The position numbers and the translations under genes are program-made. Source: an uncultured Anaerolineaceae bacterium (GTDB taxonomy: Bacteria > Chloroflexota > Anaerolineae > Anaerolineales > UBA4823). Taken from it: 64,000 bases of DNA. Below are positions 9,409 through 18,090 of this stretch, one piece after another. The notes below the pieces were generated by a model. The model ran no database searches. It was not told the origin of the DNA and worked only from the letters and a program-made list of their open reading frames with translations. The DNA lies in assembly GCA_964606085.1 (NCBI GenBank), contig CAZSFD010000007.1, positions 27,234 to 91,233 on the forward strand, read 5' to 3'. The stretch's first letter is position 1. Every line of letters starts with the position of its first letter.

Positions 9409-10790
9409 GGGCGCACCGCCTTGACCACGAAGCCGGCCTTGCGTACGCTCTTCTCCACTTCGTTGGCAAGCCCGGCGGGGAAGGCGACAAACTGATCAGA
9501 CAGGACGATCAGGTTTCCTTTCAGGTCACGTTCGAGCTGCACGCGCAGGCTCAGGTCGCGCACGCGAGCCAGGCGCAGGTTCAGGTGAACGATATTTTGG
9601 CCCCATTTTTCTTCGACCTGTACCATATTCTGCGCAAAGGCCGGGATGTGCTGACACAACCAGGCGGCCAGGGGTGACTGGCGTTCAGCGGGGGTCAGGC
9701 GGCCTAATTTGACCAGGCCAGGCACGGCGATCAGGTTATTGTGTTGCACCTGCAAGGCTGCCAGGCGGTTGATCTGCTCCAGGTCGGCCAGGGGGATGCG
9801 GCGCAAATCCACCAGCGCCGACTGGCCATCAGGGCCAGGCGTAAGGAACTGATCGGGTGTCAGAGCTTCGGCGGGTTTTGCGAATGGCAGCCGGTAATAG
9901 GTGGCGGCGCCCTCTTGCAGTCTTTCGAGCAAGCCCCAATGCCTGCCTGCTTCGCACATTTGGGCCACTGAAGGCATTTGCGCACCAAAGCACCAGGTGC
10001 GCAGCAACGGTTCGAGTTGGATAACCGTTACCCATTCATCGGGCTGCAAGGTTTTTAAGATGTGCGGTATCACTTCAGTTGGGTGTTTGACGGTGGGATC
10101 ATTGGGCAGGATCACCCGTGAAGTGACCTGCCAGGCGCTGCGCTGCCATTCGACCAGCCCTGCGCCAGTAATGGGGCGTTCTCCCAGGTACAGCGTGCCG
10201 GCGACGAGGGTGAGCGCAAAGGGTTCTTTGGGCAATTGGCTCGAAACGATTGGCCCTCCTACCACTTCGAGCAATTTCTGCCGCACAATATTGGCGTTCA
10301 CTTCGCCCTGGGCCTGGCTTTTGTGCGGGTGACGGATGAGCGGCGGCAGGTAAGCGACAAACTCGGGCGGGAAGCGGTAACGCCAGCGTTCCATTTGGAC
10401 GCTTTCACCGCGCTGCTTGACCTCCGCCATCACCAGCACGCCTTTGCGCACCAGGTTTTGCTTGACACAGTCGAAGGTGGGGCGATATTGCTGGGTAAAT
10501 GTGCCGGAATAATACTTTTGATCACTGCGTGCGCTGCCATAGAGCCGCTCGAAGAAACTGATGTCCACTTCTTGCGCTTGAAAGGCGAGCAGGTAGAGTG
10601 TGGCGATTTCTTCATCGGAAAGGGTCTGCATCACCCCATCCAGCCCGATGCTGGTGAGAAAGAAACTCTCGAAGGCGGCGCGTGAGGCGGTCTCTTTTTG
10701 TCCGAAGCCACGCGCCTTGCGAATAGCCTTGATGTCAGCCTCGGCCAACGTTTCGTGGCACATCTGGTTGAGCAAGCGAGAAAGTTCCAT
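9405..10790 (-). CDS. XPB-associated protein A, divergent paralogue with p52-like C-terminal module
   Basis: 461 aa, first gene of the operon, preceded by a near-consensus promoter and an AAGGAA SD. The C-terminal IPAFAQNMVQVEEKWG plus the tail NLIVLSDQFVAFPAGLANEVEKSVRKAGF fit the same module more loosely. Confidence 0.75.
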   Translation of the reverse strand: MELSRLLNQMCHETLAEADIKAIRKARGFGQKETASRAAFESFFLTSIGLDGVMQTLSDEEIATLYLLAFQAQEVDISFFERLYGSARSDQKYYSGTFTQQYRPTFDCVKQNLVRKGVLVMAEVKQRGESVQMERWRYRFPPEFVAYLPPLIRHPHKSQAQGEVNANIVRQKLLEVVGGPIVSSQLPKEPFALTLVAGTLYLGERPITGAGLVEWQRSAWQVTSRVILPNDPTVKHPTEVIPHILKTLQPDEWVTVIQLEPLLRTWCFGAQMPSVAQMCEAGRHWGLLERLQEGAATYYRLPFAKPAEALTPDQFLTPGPDGQSALVDLRRIPLADLEQINRLAALQVQHNNLIAVPGLVKLGRLTPAERQSPLAAWLCQHIPAFAQNMVQVEEKWGQNIVHLNLRLARVRDLSLRVQLERDLKGNLIVLSDQFVAFPAGLANEVEKSVRKAGFVVKAVRP

Positions 10791-10814
10791 AAATCACAGT
10801 TCCTTAACAGGGCG

Positions 10815-10843
10815 ATTGTAATAGATGGATGAGACGATGTCAA
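10815..10843 (-). promoter_or_regulatory. Sigma70-type promoter of the XPB operon (TTGACA-17 nt-TACAAT)
   Basis: On the minus strand, TTGACA is at 10843-10838, followed by a 17-nt spacer and TACAAT at 10820-15. This is about 25 nt upstream of ATG 10790 and immediately after the infA terminator. Confidence 0.55.
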
Positions 10844-10880
10844 ACAAAAAGAGCCAGGCGGCATGCCGCCTGGCTCTTTG
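10843..10880 (-). terminator. Rho-independent terminator after infA
   Basis: 12-bp perfect stem (10850-10861 / 10866-10877) with a CATG loop, followed on the minus strand by a T run (plus-strand A run 10845-10850). Confidence 0.8.
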
Positions 10881-10912
10881 GTTAATTTATCGGGTTGGGT
10901 GTGTATGTGGGC

Positions 10913-11164
10913 TTAAAACTCAAGACTGGGGGACTCGTTGCGTTTTTTCTGGCGGTAAACAATGCGTCCGCGTGTCAGATCGTATGGCGACATTTCTACA
11001 CGCACCTTGTCACCCAATAAAATGCGAATGTAATACTTGCGCATTTTACCCGACAGATAAGCCAACACCTCGTGCCCGCTATCGAGGCGGACACGGAATT
11101 GAGTTCCTGGCAGCGCTTCGACGACGGTGCCTTCCACTTGAATTTTATCTTCTTCCTTAGCCAC
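10913..11164 (-). CDS. infA: Translation initiation factor IF-1
   Basis: [70 protein letters not shown] is the canonical IF-1 S1-fold sequence. GTG start chosen. Confidence 0.9.
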   Translation of the reverse strand: MAKEEDKIQVEGTVVEALPGTQFRVRLDSGHEVLAYLSGKMRKYYIRILLGDKVRVEMSPYDLTRGRIVYRQKKRNESPSLEF

Positions 11165-11197
11165 ACACACCTCCAAATCTTTCTAAATTGAACAGGA

Positions 11198-11395
11198 TCA
11201 CTCCATCGCCTCACGTTGGCGGCGGCGAAGGCGGCGCATGGATTTTTTATCCGAGATGCGACGCAGTTCACTCTTTGACACGAACCAGCGTTTGCGGCGA
11301 ATGGTGCTGAGCACGCCGCTCTTGGCCACCTTCTTGCGAAAGCGCTTGAGAAGTTGATCCTGGCTCTCATTTTGACGAAGTACAACAGTAGTCAC
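11198..11395 (-). CDS. rpsU: 30S ribosomal protein S21
   Basis: VTTVVLRQNESQDQLLKRFRKKVAKSGVLSTIRRKRWFVSKSELRR. GTG 11395 is preceded by AGGAGGTGA. Confidence 0.85.
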   Translation of the reverse strand: MTTVVLRQNESQDQLLKRFRKKVAKSGVLSTIRRKRWFVSKSELRRISDKKSMRRLRRRQREAME

Positions 11396-11648
11396 GCGTA
11401 TCACCTCCTTTCCTGCTGCCCGTAGGCATAAAAAAAGCCCGACCAAATTCGCAGACCCGGTCGAGCCACTTTTTATAAACTTTTCCTGGGGGAAATTTCT
11501 AAACGATGTTTACGCTCCAATCCTAGAGAGTTAATCGTTCCATGAGCCTGCGAATATGCAAAAATTATACCCCAAGCGCCAGATGGTGTCAAAAGCGAAA
11601 TCATTGGGCAGGTAGCTATCAACTTTGCAACCTGCCTGCCCCTTTGCC

Positions 11649-11676
11649 TTGCATCTGCTTCTCGTGCAAGTATAAT
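11649..11676 (+). promoter_or_regulatory. Sigma70-type promoter (TTGCAT-16 nt-TATAAT) for the phosphoesterase gene
   Basis: TTGCAT at 11649-54 and TATAAT at 11671-76, about 44 nt upstream of ATG 11720. Confidence 0.45.
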
Positions 11677-11719
11677 TGCCGCATCTTAATCTCGCTCACT
11701 GCCTCCTCATTTCCCCATC

Positions 11720-12448
11720 ATGCGCATCATCATCATCTCTGATATTCATGCCAACCTGACCGCCCTCGATGCGGTTTTGACCGATGCCGCCAACTTCGAC
11801 GCCGCCTGGTGCCTGGGCGATCTGGTCGGTTATGGCCCAGACCCGAACGAATGCGTTGACCGGGTACGCCAGTTGCCCAATCTCAAATGTATGTTGGGCA
11901 ATCACGACGCCGCCGCCCTGCGCATGATTGACACCGAAACGTTCAACCACGAGGCCCGCCTGGCAATTTATTGGACACAGCAATCGCTCTCCACCGCCAG
12001 CATTCGCTTTTTACAATCGCTGCCTGAAAAAATGGTCAGCGACGATGTCACCCTGGCGCATGGCAGCCCGCGCCAGGCCGTGTGGGAATATCTGCTCGAC
12101 ACGCGCACTGCCACGGCCAACTTCACCCACTTCGACACGCCCTACTGTTTCGTCGGCCACACGCACCTGCCCGTGCTGTATTACCTGCCCGATGAAGCCA
12201 CCACCGCCCGCCTGATCGTGCCAGATACCCCCGTGGAACTGACCCTTGCGCCACGCACCATCATCAACCCGGGTTCGGTCGGCCAGCCGCGTGACCGTGA
12301 CCCGCGCGCCTCGTATGCCATTTTCGATTCGCAGCACCTCACCTGGGAATATCGCCGCGTGGCCTACGACATCATTGCTGTACAGGAGCGCATGCGCGAA
12401 GCCGGGTTGCCTGAACGCCACATCCAACGCCTGGCGGCAGGGTGGTAG
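11720..12448 (+). CDS. Metallophosphoesterase (calcineurin-like, YfcE/MJ0936-type)
   Basis: Motifs: IIIISDIHAN, GDLVGYGPDPNE, GNHD, GHTH. Confidence 0.8.
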   Translation: MRIIIISDIHANLTALDAVLTDAANFDAAWCLGDLVGYGPDPNECVDRVRQLPNLKCMLGNHDAAALRMIDTETFNHEARLAIYWTQQSLSTASIRFLQSLPEKMVSDDVTLAHGSPRQAVWEYLLDTRTATANFTHFDTPYCFVGHTHLPVLYYLPDEATTARLIVPDTPVELTLAPRTIINPGSVGQPRDRDPRASYAIFDSQHLTWEYRRVAYDIIAVQERMREAGLPERHIQRLAAGW

Positions 12449-13630
12449 TTAACAAACCCCCAACTTCTTCCCCACCATCGCGAATACTTCCAGCCCACGC
12501 TCAAGGTCGGCGCGGCTGTGGGCGGCAGAAATCATCACCCGGATGCGGGCCTTGCCGCGCGGCACGGTGGGGAAACCAAGCGACATGGCAAACACATCGG
12601 CCTCGAACAAAGCGCGGCTGAACTGCTGCGCCAGGGGAGCTTCCCCCAGCATGATCGGCGTGATCGGGGTGGTGCTGACGCCGATGTCGAAACCCAGGCG
12701 TTTCATCTCACCTTTGAAATAGTGTGTGTTCTCCCACAGGCGGTCTACCAGTTCGGTGGAGCTTTCCAGAATGTCCACCGCCGCCAGGCAGGCGGCCACG
12801 TCGGGAACCGTCATGGCCGAGGAGAACAGGAAGGGGCGGCCGCGCTGCCGCAGCCACTCGACGATCAGCGGGCTGCCCGCCGAAACACCCCCCACCACAC
12901 CAAACGCCTTCGACAGTGTGCCAACCTCCACATCCACCTTGCCGTGCAGCCCAAAATGATCCACGATGCCGCGCCCGCCTTTGCCCAGGACACCTTCACC
13001 GTGAGCATCGTCCACCATCAACACGGCATCGTGCTTCTGGCAGGTGGCGTAAATCTGATCGAGCGGGGCCACATCGCCATCCATGCTGAAGACGCCATCG
13101 GTGATGACCAGTTTGCGCGGATACGTGTCGGCGGCCTCGGTGAGTACCCGGTCGAGGTCAGCGGGATCGCAGTGGGCGTAACGAATGATCTTGGCCCCCG
13201 ACAGACGGCTGCCATCAATGATGCTGGCATGGTTTAACTCATCGGAGAAAATAGCATCCTCTTTGCCGACCAGGGCCGGGATGGTGCCCAGGTTGGCGGT
13301 GAAGCCTGATTGGAAGGTGATGGCGGCTTCGACGCCTTTGAAGGCAGCCAGGCGGCGTTCCAGTTCGAGGTGCAGTTCCATCGTCCCGGCAATCGAGCGC
13401 ACCGCCGCCGGCCCAACGCCATAACGGCTGACGGCCTCCTGCGCGGCGGCCACGATACGGGGGTGATTCGCCAGGCCGAGGTAGTTGTTCGAGCAGAAAT
13501 TCAGCACCTGTTTGCCATCCACCATCAGCCAGGCCCCTTGCGGCGAACCCAGCGTGCGGATGCGATTGTACAGCCCGGCATCTTGCAGGGCTTGCAGTTC
13601 GGTTTCGATCCAGGATAATTTTGTGGTCAT
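12449..13630 (-). CDS. kbl: 2-amino-3-ketobutyrate CoA ligase (glycine C-acetyltransferase)
   Basis: Near-colinear with E. coli Kbl as I recall it: [49 protein letters not shown] (PLP Lys), RPFLFSS. Confidence 0.85.
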   Translation of the reverse strand: MTTKLSWIETELQALQDAGLYNRIRTLGSPQGAWLMVDGKQVLNFCSNNYLGLANHPRIVAAAQEAVSRYGVGPAAVRSIAGTMELHLELERRLAAFKGVEAAITFQSGFTANLGTIPALVGKEDAIFSDELNHASIIDGSRLSGAKIIRYAHCDPADLDRVLTEAADTYPRKLVITDGVFSMDGDVAPLDQIYATCQKHDAVLMVDDAHGEGVLGKGGRGIVDHFGLHGKVDVEVGTLSKAFGVVGGVSAGSPLIVEWLRQRGRPFLFSSAMTVPDVAACLAAVDILESSTELVDRLWENTHYFKGEMKRLGFDIGVSTTPITPIMLGEAPLAQQFSRALFEADVFAMSLGFPTVPRGKARIRVMISAAHSRADLERGLEVFAMVGKKLGVC

Positions 13631-13663
13631 AGGTTTCTCAGGAGATCTTGAATTGCTGATTGG

Positions 13664-14182
13664 CTAACTTTCATCATCGGCGGCTTGCAAGATACGAAGC
13701 AGTTCAACGATGGGCGATGACGGGTCGGGAGGGGATTGGTGGCAGCGGATGAGGGCGACAGCGCCGGGCGTGGCCCCGGCCGCGGCGGCCATCTGTGCGC
13801 CCCAGGCCGGGTGTTGTTCGGCCACCACAAAGATGCGCCGCCAACCGGTTGGCATGCCTTTCCCCCAGGTTTGGACGGCGCGCGGCAAGAGCTTTTTGGC
13901 GAGGACGATCCACGAGCGATCCCATACGGTCAGCGGGCTGCGAGTTTTGCCGGCATCGTGCAACAGGGCGGCAGTCAATAGATCGGGGTCGGTGTGGCCC
14001 TGGGTGATGATTTTGGCGAGGACATCCAGGCTGTGGGCCTGCTCGCCGGGTTGCATCTGCTCGAAGAGCGGCCAGAGCGCCGGGCCGAGCAGTTGTTGGG
14101 CCTGGGCCAATTCGTCGGCAGTGGGTGTGGCCCGCCAGGCCCGCTGGAATTGGCGCAGCCGATAGACCAGACGGGCAACCAT
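13664..14182 (-). CDS. HD-domain phosphohydrolase family protein
   Basis: HSLDV...LLHDAGK forms an HD motif. The start was set at the ATG that overlaps the upstream stop (TAATG). Confidence 0.7.
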   Translation of the reverse strand: MVARLVYRLRQFQRAWRATPTADELAQAQQLLGPALWPLFEQMQPGEQAHSLDVLAKIITQGHTDPDLLTAALLHDAGKTRSPLTVWDRSWIVLAKKLLPRAVQTWGKGMPTGWRRIFVVAEQHPAWGAQMAAAAGATPGAVALIRCHQSPPDPSSPIVELLRILQAADDES

Positions 14183-14823
14183 TACCGCCCAGTCAACAGG
14201 CGGAAGATAGCCTCGGTGGGTGTGCGAATGAGCGCACCGAGGATATTGAGGCCGGCGAAGTTGCCCATCAGGATTAAGACCAGCAAAATAAAAGGGCCAT
14301 AAGGCCGGATCGTTTCCCAAATACGCGCCCAACTGGGCGGCATGAGGTAATCGGCCACTTTATCGCCATCCAGCGGGGCCAGGGGGATCAGATTGAACAC
14401 CATCAGGGCGATGTTGATCCAGATGTATTGGGCCACAAAGAGCAAGATGTAATAGGTGATTTCGCCGCTCGCCAGTTCTGGCACGTTCCACAGCACACGA
14501 AAAGCCACGGCCCCCACGATGGCCTGCAACAGGTTCGACATCGGCCCCGCCAGCGCCACCCACATATAGGCAGCGTCCGAATGGCGGCGCAGGGCATACA
14601 GGTTTACCGGCACTGGCTTGGCCCAGCCAAAACCGACAATGATCATCATCAAAGACCCCATCACATCGAGATGGGCGAAAGGATTGAGCGTCAGGCGGCC
14701 ATAAAGCCGCGGCGTGTCATCGCCGAAGTAGTTGGCCGTCCAGGCGTGGGCAAATTCGTGGATCGGCAGGGCAATGAACAAGATCATTGCGTTAATGATG
14801 AGGGTCATTGGGTCACCAAACAT
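14182..14823 (-). CDS. Site-2 protease family (peptidase M50) membrane metalloprotease
   Basis: HEFAHAW (HExxH) lies in the first TM segment, with multiple TM helices and a PLDGD-type second motif. GGAGGTG precedes ATG 14823. Confidence 0.8.
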   Translation of the reverse strand: MFGDPMTLIINAMILFIALPIHEFAHAWTANYFGDDTPRLYGRLTLNPFAHLDVMGSLMMIIVGFGWAKPVPVNLYALRRHSDAAYMWVALAGPMSNLLQAIVGAVAFRVLWNVPELASGEITYYILLFVAQYIWINIALMVFNLIPLAPLDGDKVADYLMPPSWARIWETIRPYGPFILLVLILMGNFAGLNILGALIRTPTEAIFRLLTGR

Positions 14824-14846
14824 AGGGGCACCTCCAGTGCGCAAAA

Positions 14847-14855
14847 ATTATACCA
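14847..14855 (-). promoter_or_regulatory. Extended -10 element (TGgTATAAT) for the M50 gene
   Basis: The reverse complement of 14847-14855 reads TGGTATAAT, about 24 nt upstream of ATG 14823. Confidence 0.35.
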
Positions 14856-14889
14856 AGTAACCCTGTTCAAACAGTGTGTTTTGCCAGCA

Positions 14890-14898
14890 TGTTATAAT
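14890..14898 (+). promoter_or_regulatory. Extended -10 element (TGtTATAAT), possibly giving a leaderless DUF951 mRNA
   Basis: TGTTATAAT at 14890-14898 ends 7 nt before GTG 14906. Confidence 0.35.
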
Positions 14899-14905
14899 CC
14901 TGTCC

Positions 14906-15118
14906 GTGCTGCCCGACTTACAACGTGATGATGTCGTAAAAATGCGCAAACCCCACCCGTGCGGCGGTTACGAATGGAAAGTAACTCGCCTGGGGGCCGA
15001 TATCGGTTTGGAGTGTTTGACATGCGGGCGGCGTGTGATGCTCACCCGACGCGAGCTGGCTCGCCGGGCCAAATCTATCCAACCAGGCTCTCCCCCACAA
15101 ACCCATGAATCTTCTTGA
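14906..15118 (+). CDS. DUF951-family small protein
   Basis: DDVVKMRKPHPCGGYEWKVTRLGADIGLECLTCGRRVMLTRRE matches the recalled DUF951 pattern (KKPHPCG..W.i.R.GaDi...C..C). Start uncertain. Confidence 0.7.
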   Translation: MLPDLQRDDVVKMRKPHPCGGYEWKVTRLGADIGLECLTCGRRVMLTRRELARRAKSIQPGSPPQTHESS

Positions 15119-16256
15119 ACGCCCGGCTCGCATCCTGTTCCTGTTTTCAGATACCGGCGGGGGGCATCGCAGCGCAGCCGAAGCGATTATCGAAGCGATG
15201 CAACTCGAATTTGGGGATCAATTTATCGCCGAAAAAGTAGATTTTTTCAAAGAATATGCCCCCCTGCCGCTCAACCAACTGCCCGATTGGTACCCTTACA
15301 TGGTCAAACTGCCGCAGGCCTGGGGAGCGGGCTTCCGCCTGAGCGATGGCGACCGGCGGGCGCGCTTCATCAACGAGGCCGCCTGGCCTTACATCCGCCG
15401 CGCCGCGCAAAAATTTGCCGAACATGCCACTGAATACGACCTGATCGTTTCCGTTCACCCGCTACTGAACACCCCCATCTTGCGCGCCCTCAGCCGACCA
15501 CACATCCCTTACATCACCGTCGTCACCGATTTGGTCAGCACACATGCCCTGTGGTATTGCCCGCGGGTAGATTTGTGCATCGTCCCCACCGAGGCGGCAC
15601 GGCAGCGGGCGATCCACTTTGGCATGCCCGAAGAGAAGTTGCAGGTGGTGGGCTTGCCGGTGGCCGAACGGTTCTGTCAGCCGGTGGGCGACCGGGCGGC
15701 GCTGCGCGCCCAATTGGGCTGGCCGCAAGACCTGCCCGTGGCGCTGGTGATTGGCGGCGGCGATGGCATGGGGCCGTTGGGCCGCATTGCCCGCCGCATT
15801 GACCGCGCCGAATTGCCGCTCGCGCTGGCCGTTGTCACCGGGCGTAACGAAAAACTCAAAGAACGCCTCGAAAAATATCCCTGGTGCAACCCCACGCATG
15901 TCTACGGCTTCGTGCGCAATATGCCCGACCTGATGCGCGCGGCCGATGTGCTGGTGACCAAGGCCGGCCCCGGCACAATCAGCGAAGCCTTCAACGCCAA
16001 CCTGCCGATCATCCTGTACAGCCGCCTGCCAGGCCAGGAAGACGGCAACGTGAAATATGTGATGGATGAGGGCGCCGGCGTGTGGGCGCCCTCGAATGAA
16101 ACCGTGATTGCGGCGCTGCGTGACTGGCTGGCGCACCCTGCCAGGCGACAACAGGCCGTAGATGCGGCGCGGCGTCTGGCGCGCCCCCAGGCCGCCCGGC
16201 AAATTGCTCACATGGTGGCCGCATGGGTGGGGGCAAAAGACACCGTTCTGGCATGA
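15105..16256 (+). CDS. Diacylglycerol glycosyltransferase (MGDG-synthase-like, GT28 family)
   Basis: The N-terminal ILFLFSDTGGGHRSAAEAI signature and the C-terminal GT-B part (TKAGPGTISEA) are present. Confidence 0.8.
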   Translation: MNLLERPARILFLFSDTGGGHRSAAEAIIEAMQLEFGDQFIAEKVDFFKEYAPLPLNQLPDWYPYMVKLPQAWGAGFRLSDGDRRARFINEAAWPYIRRAAQKFAEHATEYDLIVSVHPLLNTPILRALSRPHIPYITVVTDLVSTHALWYCPRVDLCIVPTEAARQRAIHFGMPEEKLQVVGLPVAERFCQPVGDRAALRAQLGWPQDLPVALVIGGGDGMGPLGRIARRIDRAELPLALAVVTGRNEKLKERLEKYPWCNPTHVYGFVRNMPDLMRAADVLVTKAGPGTISEAFNANLPIILYSRLPGQEDGNVKYVMDEGAGVWAPSNETVIAALRDWLAHPARRQQAVDAARRLARPQAARQIAHMVAAWVGAKDTVLA

Positions 16257-17080
16257 GTACGCTCTATCTCGTCGCCACGCCGATTGGCAACCTGGAAGAT
16301 ATTTCGGCCCGCGCCCGGCGCATTTTGGGGGAGGTGCGCCTGATCGCCGCCGAAGATACCCGCCAGACGCGCAAACTGCTGACCCATTTCGACCTGCATA
16401 CCCCGCTCGCCAGCTACCACGAACACAACAAACTCACCCGCCTGGATGCTATCCTGGCGGCCCTCGCCGCCGGCGACGTGGCGCTGGTTTCGGATGCCGG
16501 CACGCCTGCGCTGAACGACCCTGGCTACGAATTGGTGCGGGCGGTGCTGGCGGCTGGTCACACGGTCAGCCCGGTGCCGGGGCCGTCCGCGCCGGTGGCG
16601 GCGCTGGTGGCCTCGGGGCTGCCAACCGATCGCTTTCTCTACCTCGGCTACCTGCCGCGCAAAGCCAGCGAGCGCCGCGCCTTCCTGACGCCGGTGGCAG
16701 ACCTGCCCTACACGCTCATTTTTCTCGAATCGCCCCATCGTGTCCTCGATGCGTTGGGCGATTTAGCCGCCATCCTGGGCGACCGTCCGATGGCCGCCGC
16801 CCGCGAGCTGACCAAGCTGCACGAGGAAATCGTACGCGGCCCGATCAGCCAGGTGTGCGCGCACTTCGAGGCCGAGCCGCCGCGCGGCGAGTTTACGCTG
16901 GTGGTGGGCGGGGCGTCTGCCAGCCGCGAGGAGGCCCGTTGGCCTGAAGAGCGCCTGCTGGCGGCCCTGCGTGAACGCCTGGCAGGGGGCGAACCCGCCT
17001 CGCAGATCGCCGTGGCGGTGGCAAAGCAGGCCGGTTGGAGTCGCAAGCAAGTTTACGAACTGATCCACCGCATGGAATGA
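16253..17080 (+). CDS. rsmI: 16S rRNA (cytidine1402-2'-O)-methyltransferase
   Basis: LYLVATPIGNLEDISARA...AAEDTR, SDAGTPALNDPG. ATGA overlap with the upstream stop. Confidence 0.9.
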   Translation: MSTLYLVATPIGNLEDISARARRILGEVRLIAAEDTRQTRKLLTHFDLHTPLASYHEHNKLTRLDAILAALAAGDVALVSDAGTPALNDPGYELVRAVLAAGHTVSPVPGPSAPVAALVASGLPTDRFLYLGYLPRKASERRAFLTPVADLPYTLIFLESPHRVLDALGDLAAILGDRPMAAARELTKLHEEIVRGPISQVCAHFEAEPPRGEFTLVVGGASASREEARWPEERLLAALRERLAGGEPASQIAVAVAKQAGWSRKQVYELIHRME

Positions 17081-17090
17081 TCGGTGCCGA

Positions 17091-17972
17091 TCAATTTTTG
17101 GAAGCAATCGCAATTCCCACCAAAATCAACGCTGCGCCACCCAATTGAATGGCCGCCGGGGCTTCGCCGAGCAAGAAGTAGGCCAGGATAATCGAACCGA
17201 CCGGCTCACCCAGCAGGGCGGTGGCCGTAAACGAAGCCGACAGGTAGCGCAGCGCCCAGTTGAACGATGAATGGCCGAGCAGTTGGGGGATGAGGGCCAG
17301 GAGCAGGAACCACAGGTAGGTTTGCGGAGGATAGCCCACCGGCGACTGCCCGGCGGCCAGCATCAACCCAATCAGCCCCAACGCCGCCATGCCATAGACC
17401 ACAAACGTGTAGCCGATCAGCGAGACCTTCGCCCGCACCCGCCGCCCGATGACGACATAACAGGCGGCCATCCAGGCACCAAAGAGGGCTAAAAAATCGC
17501 CAAGCAGCAGGTTTTTGGCTGCGCCGCCGGCATTGTCGGCGTCACTGAGGCCAATGACGATCCCGCCGGCCAGCGCCACGCCCATGCCAACCCACGCCTC
17601 GCGCGAAACGCGTTCGCGCAGCAACAGCGGCGAGGCCAGTGAAACCCACAGCGGCGTTGTTGTCACCAGCACAACCGAGCTTGCAACGGACGTGTATTCG
17701 AGCGAGGTGATCCACGCGGCGAAATGCAGCGCCAGGAACAGCCCGGCCAGCAGGGCCAGCGCCAGGTCGCGGCGGGTCAGTTGGCGCAACTCATGGCGGC
17801 GGAGCGTGAGGGCGATGGGGGTCAACACCACCCCTGCCAGCCCCAGCCGCCAGGCCGCAATCACCAGCGAAGGGGCTGCATCCTGGGCGTAGCGGATGAA
17901 GATGGATGCCGTCGAAACGGCCAGGATGCCGATGGTGAGGACAAGCCAGGGATGGATGCGGGGGGAGGCCAT
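17091..17972 (-). CDS. EamA/DMT-family transporter
   Basis: About 10 TM helices in two EamA-like halves. Start set at MASPRIHPWL. A TATAAT sits 6 nt upstream, so the mRNA may be leaderless. Confidence 0.8.
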   Translation of the reverse strand: MASPRIHPWLVLTIGILAVSTASIFIRYAQDAAPSLVIAAWRLGLAGVVLTPIALTLRRHELRQLTRRDLALALLAGLFLALHFAAWITSLEYTSVASSVVLVTTTPLWVSLASPLLLRERVSREAWVGMGVALAGGIVIGLSDADNAGGAAKNLLLGDFLALFGAWMAACYVVIGRRVRAKVSLIGYTFVVYGMAALGLIGLMLAAGQSPVGYPPQTYLWFLLLALIPQLLGHSSFNWALRYLSASFTATALLGEPVGSIILAYFLLGEAPAAIQLGGAALILVGIAIASKN

Positions 17973-18011
17973 GCGAAGATTATACCCGCGCGAAAGGGCG
18001 AAAAATGCCGA

Positions 18012-18020
18012 TGGTATAAT
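18012..18020 (+). promoter_or_regulatory. Extended -10 element (TGgTATAAT) upstream of the methyltransferase gene
   Basis: TGGTATAAT at 18012-18020, about 70 nt before ATG 18091. Confidence 0.35.
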
Positions 18021-18090
18021 GCCCGAACAAAAAAGCTGTATTTGGTTAAAGTACGGTTTCAATCCAGGTCTTTGTTAAATTTGAAAGACA

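Noticed and set aside
11420-11475. Terminator-like hairpin with flanking A/T runs in the rpsU 5' region, possibly an S21 leader or a small RNA
   Set aside because: The stem is short and imperfect (cgacc/ggtcg core). No upstream gene would need termination here. I could not support a specific RNA family from sequence alone.
11542-11742. 66-aa ORF in the rpsU / phosphoesterase spacer
   Set aside because: It is Cys/His-rich nonsense running across a good promoter (11649-76) and into the next gene's start. It is more likely non-coding promoter DNA.
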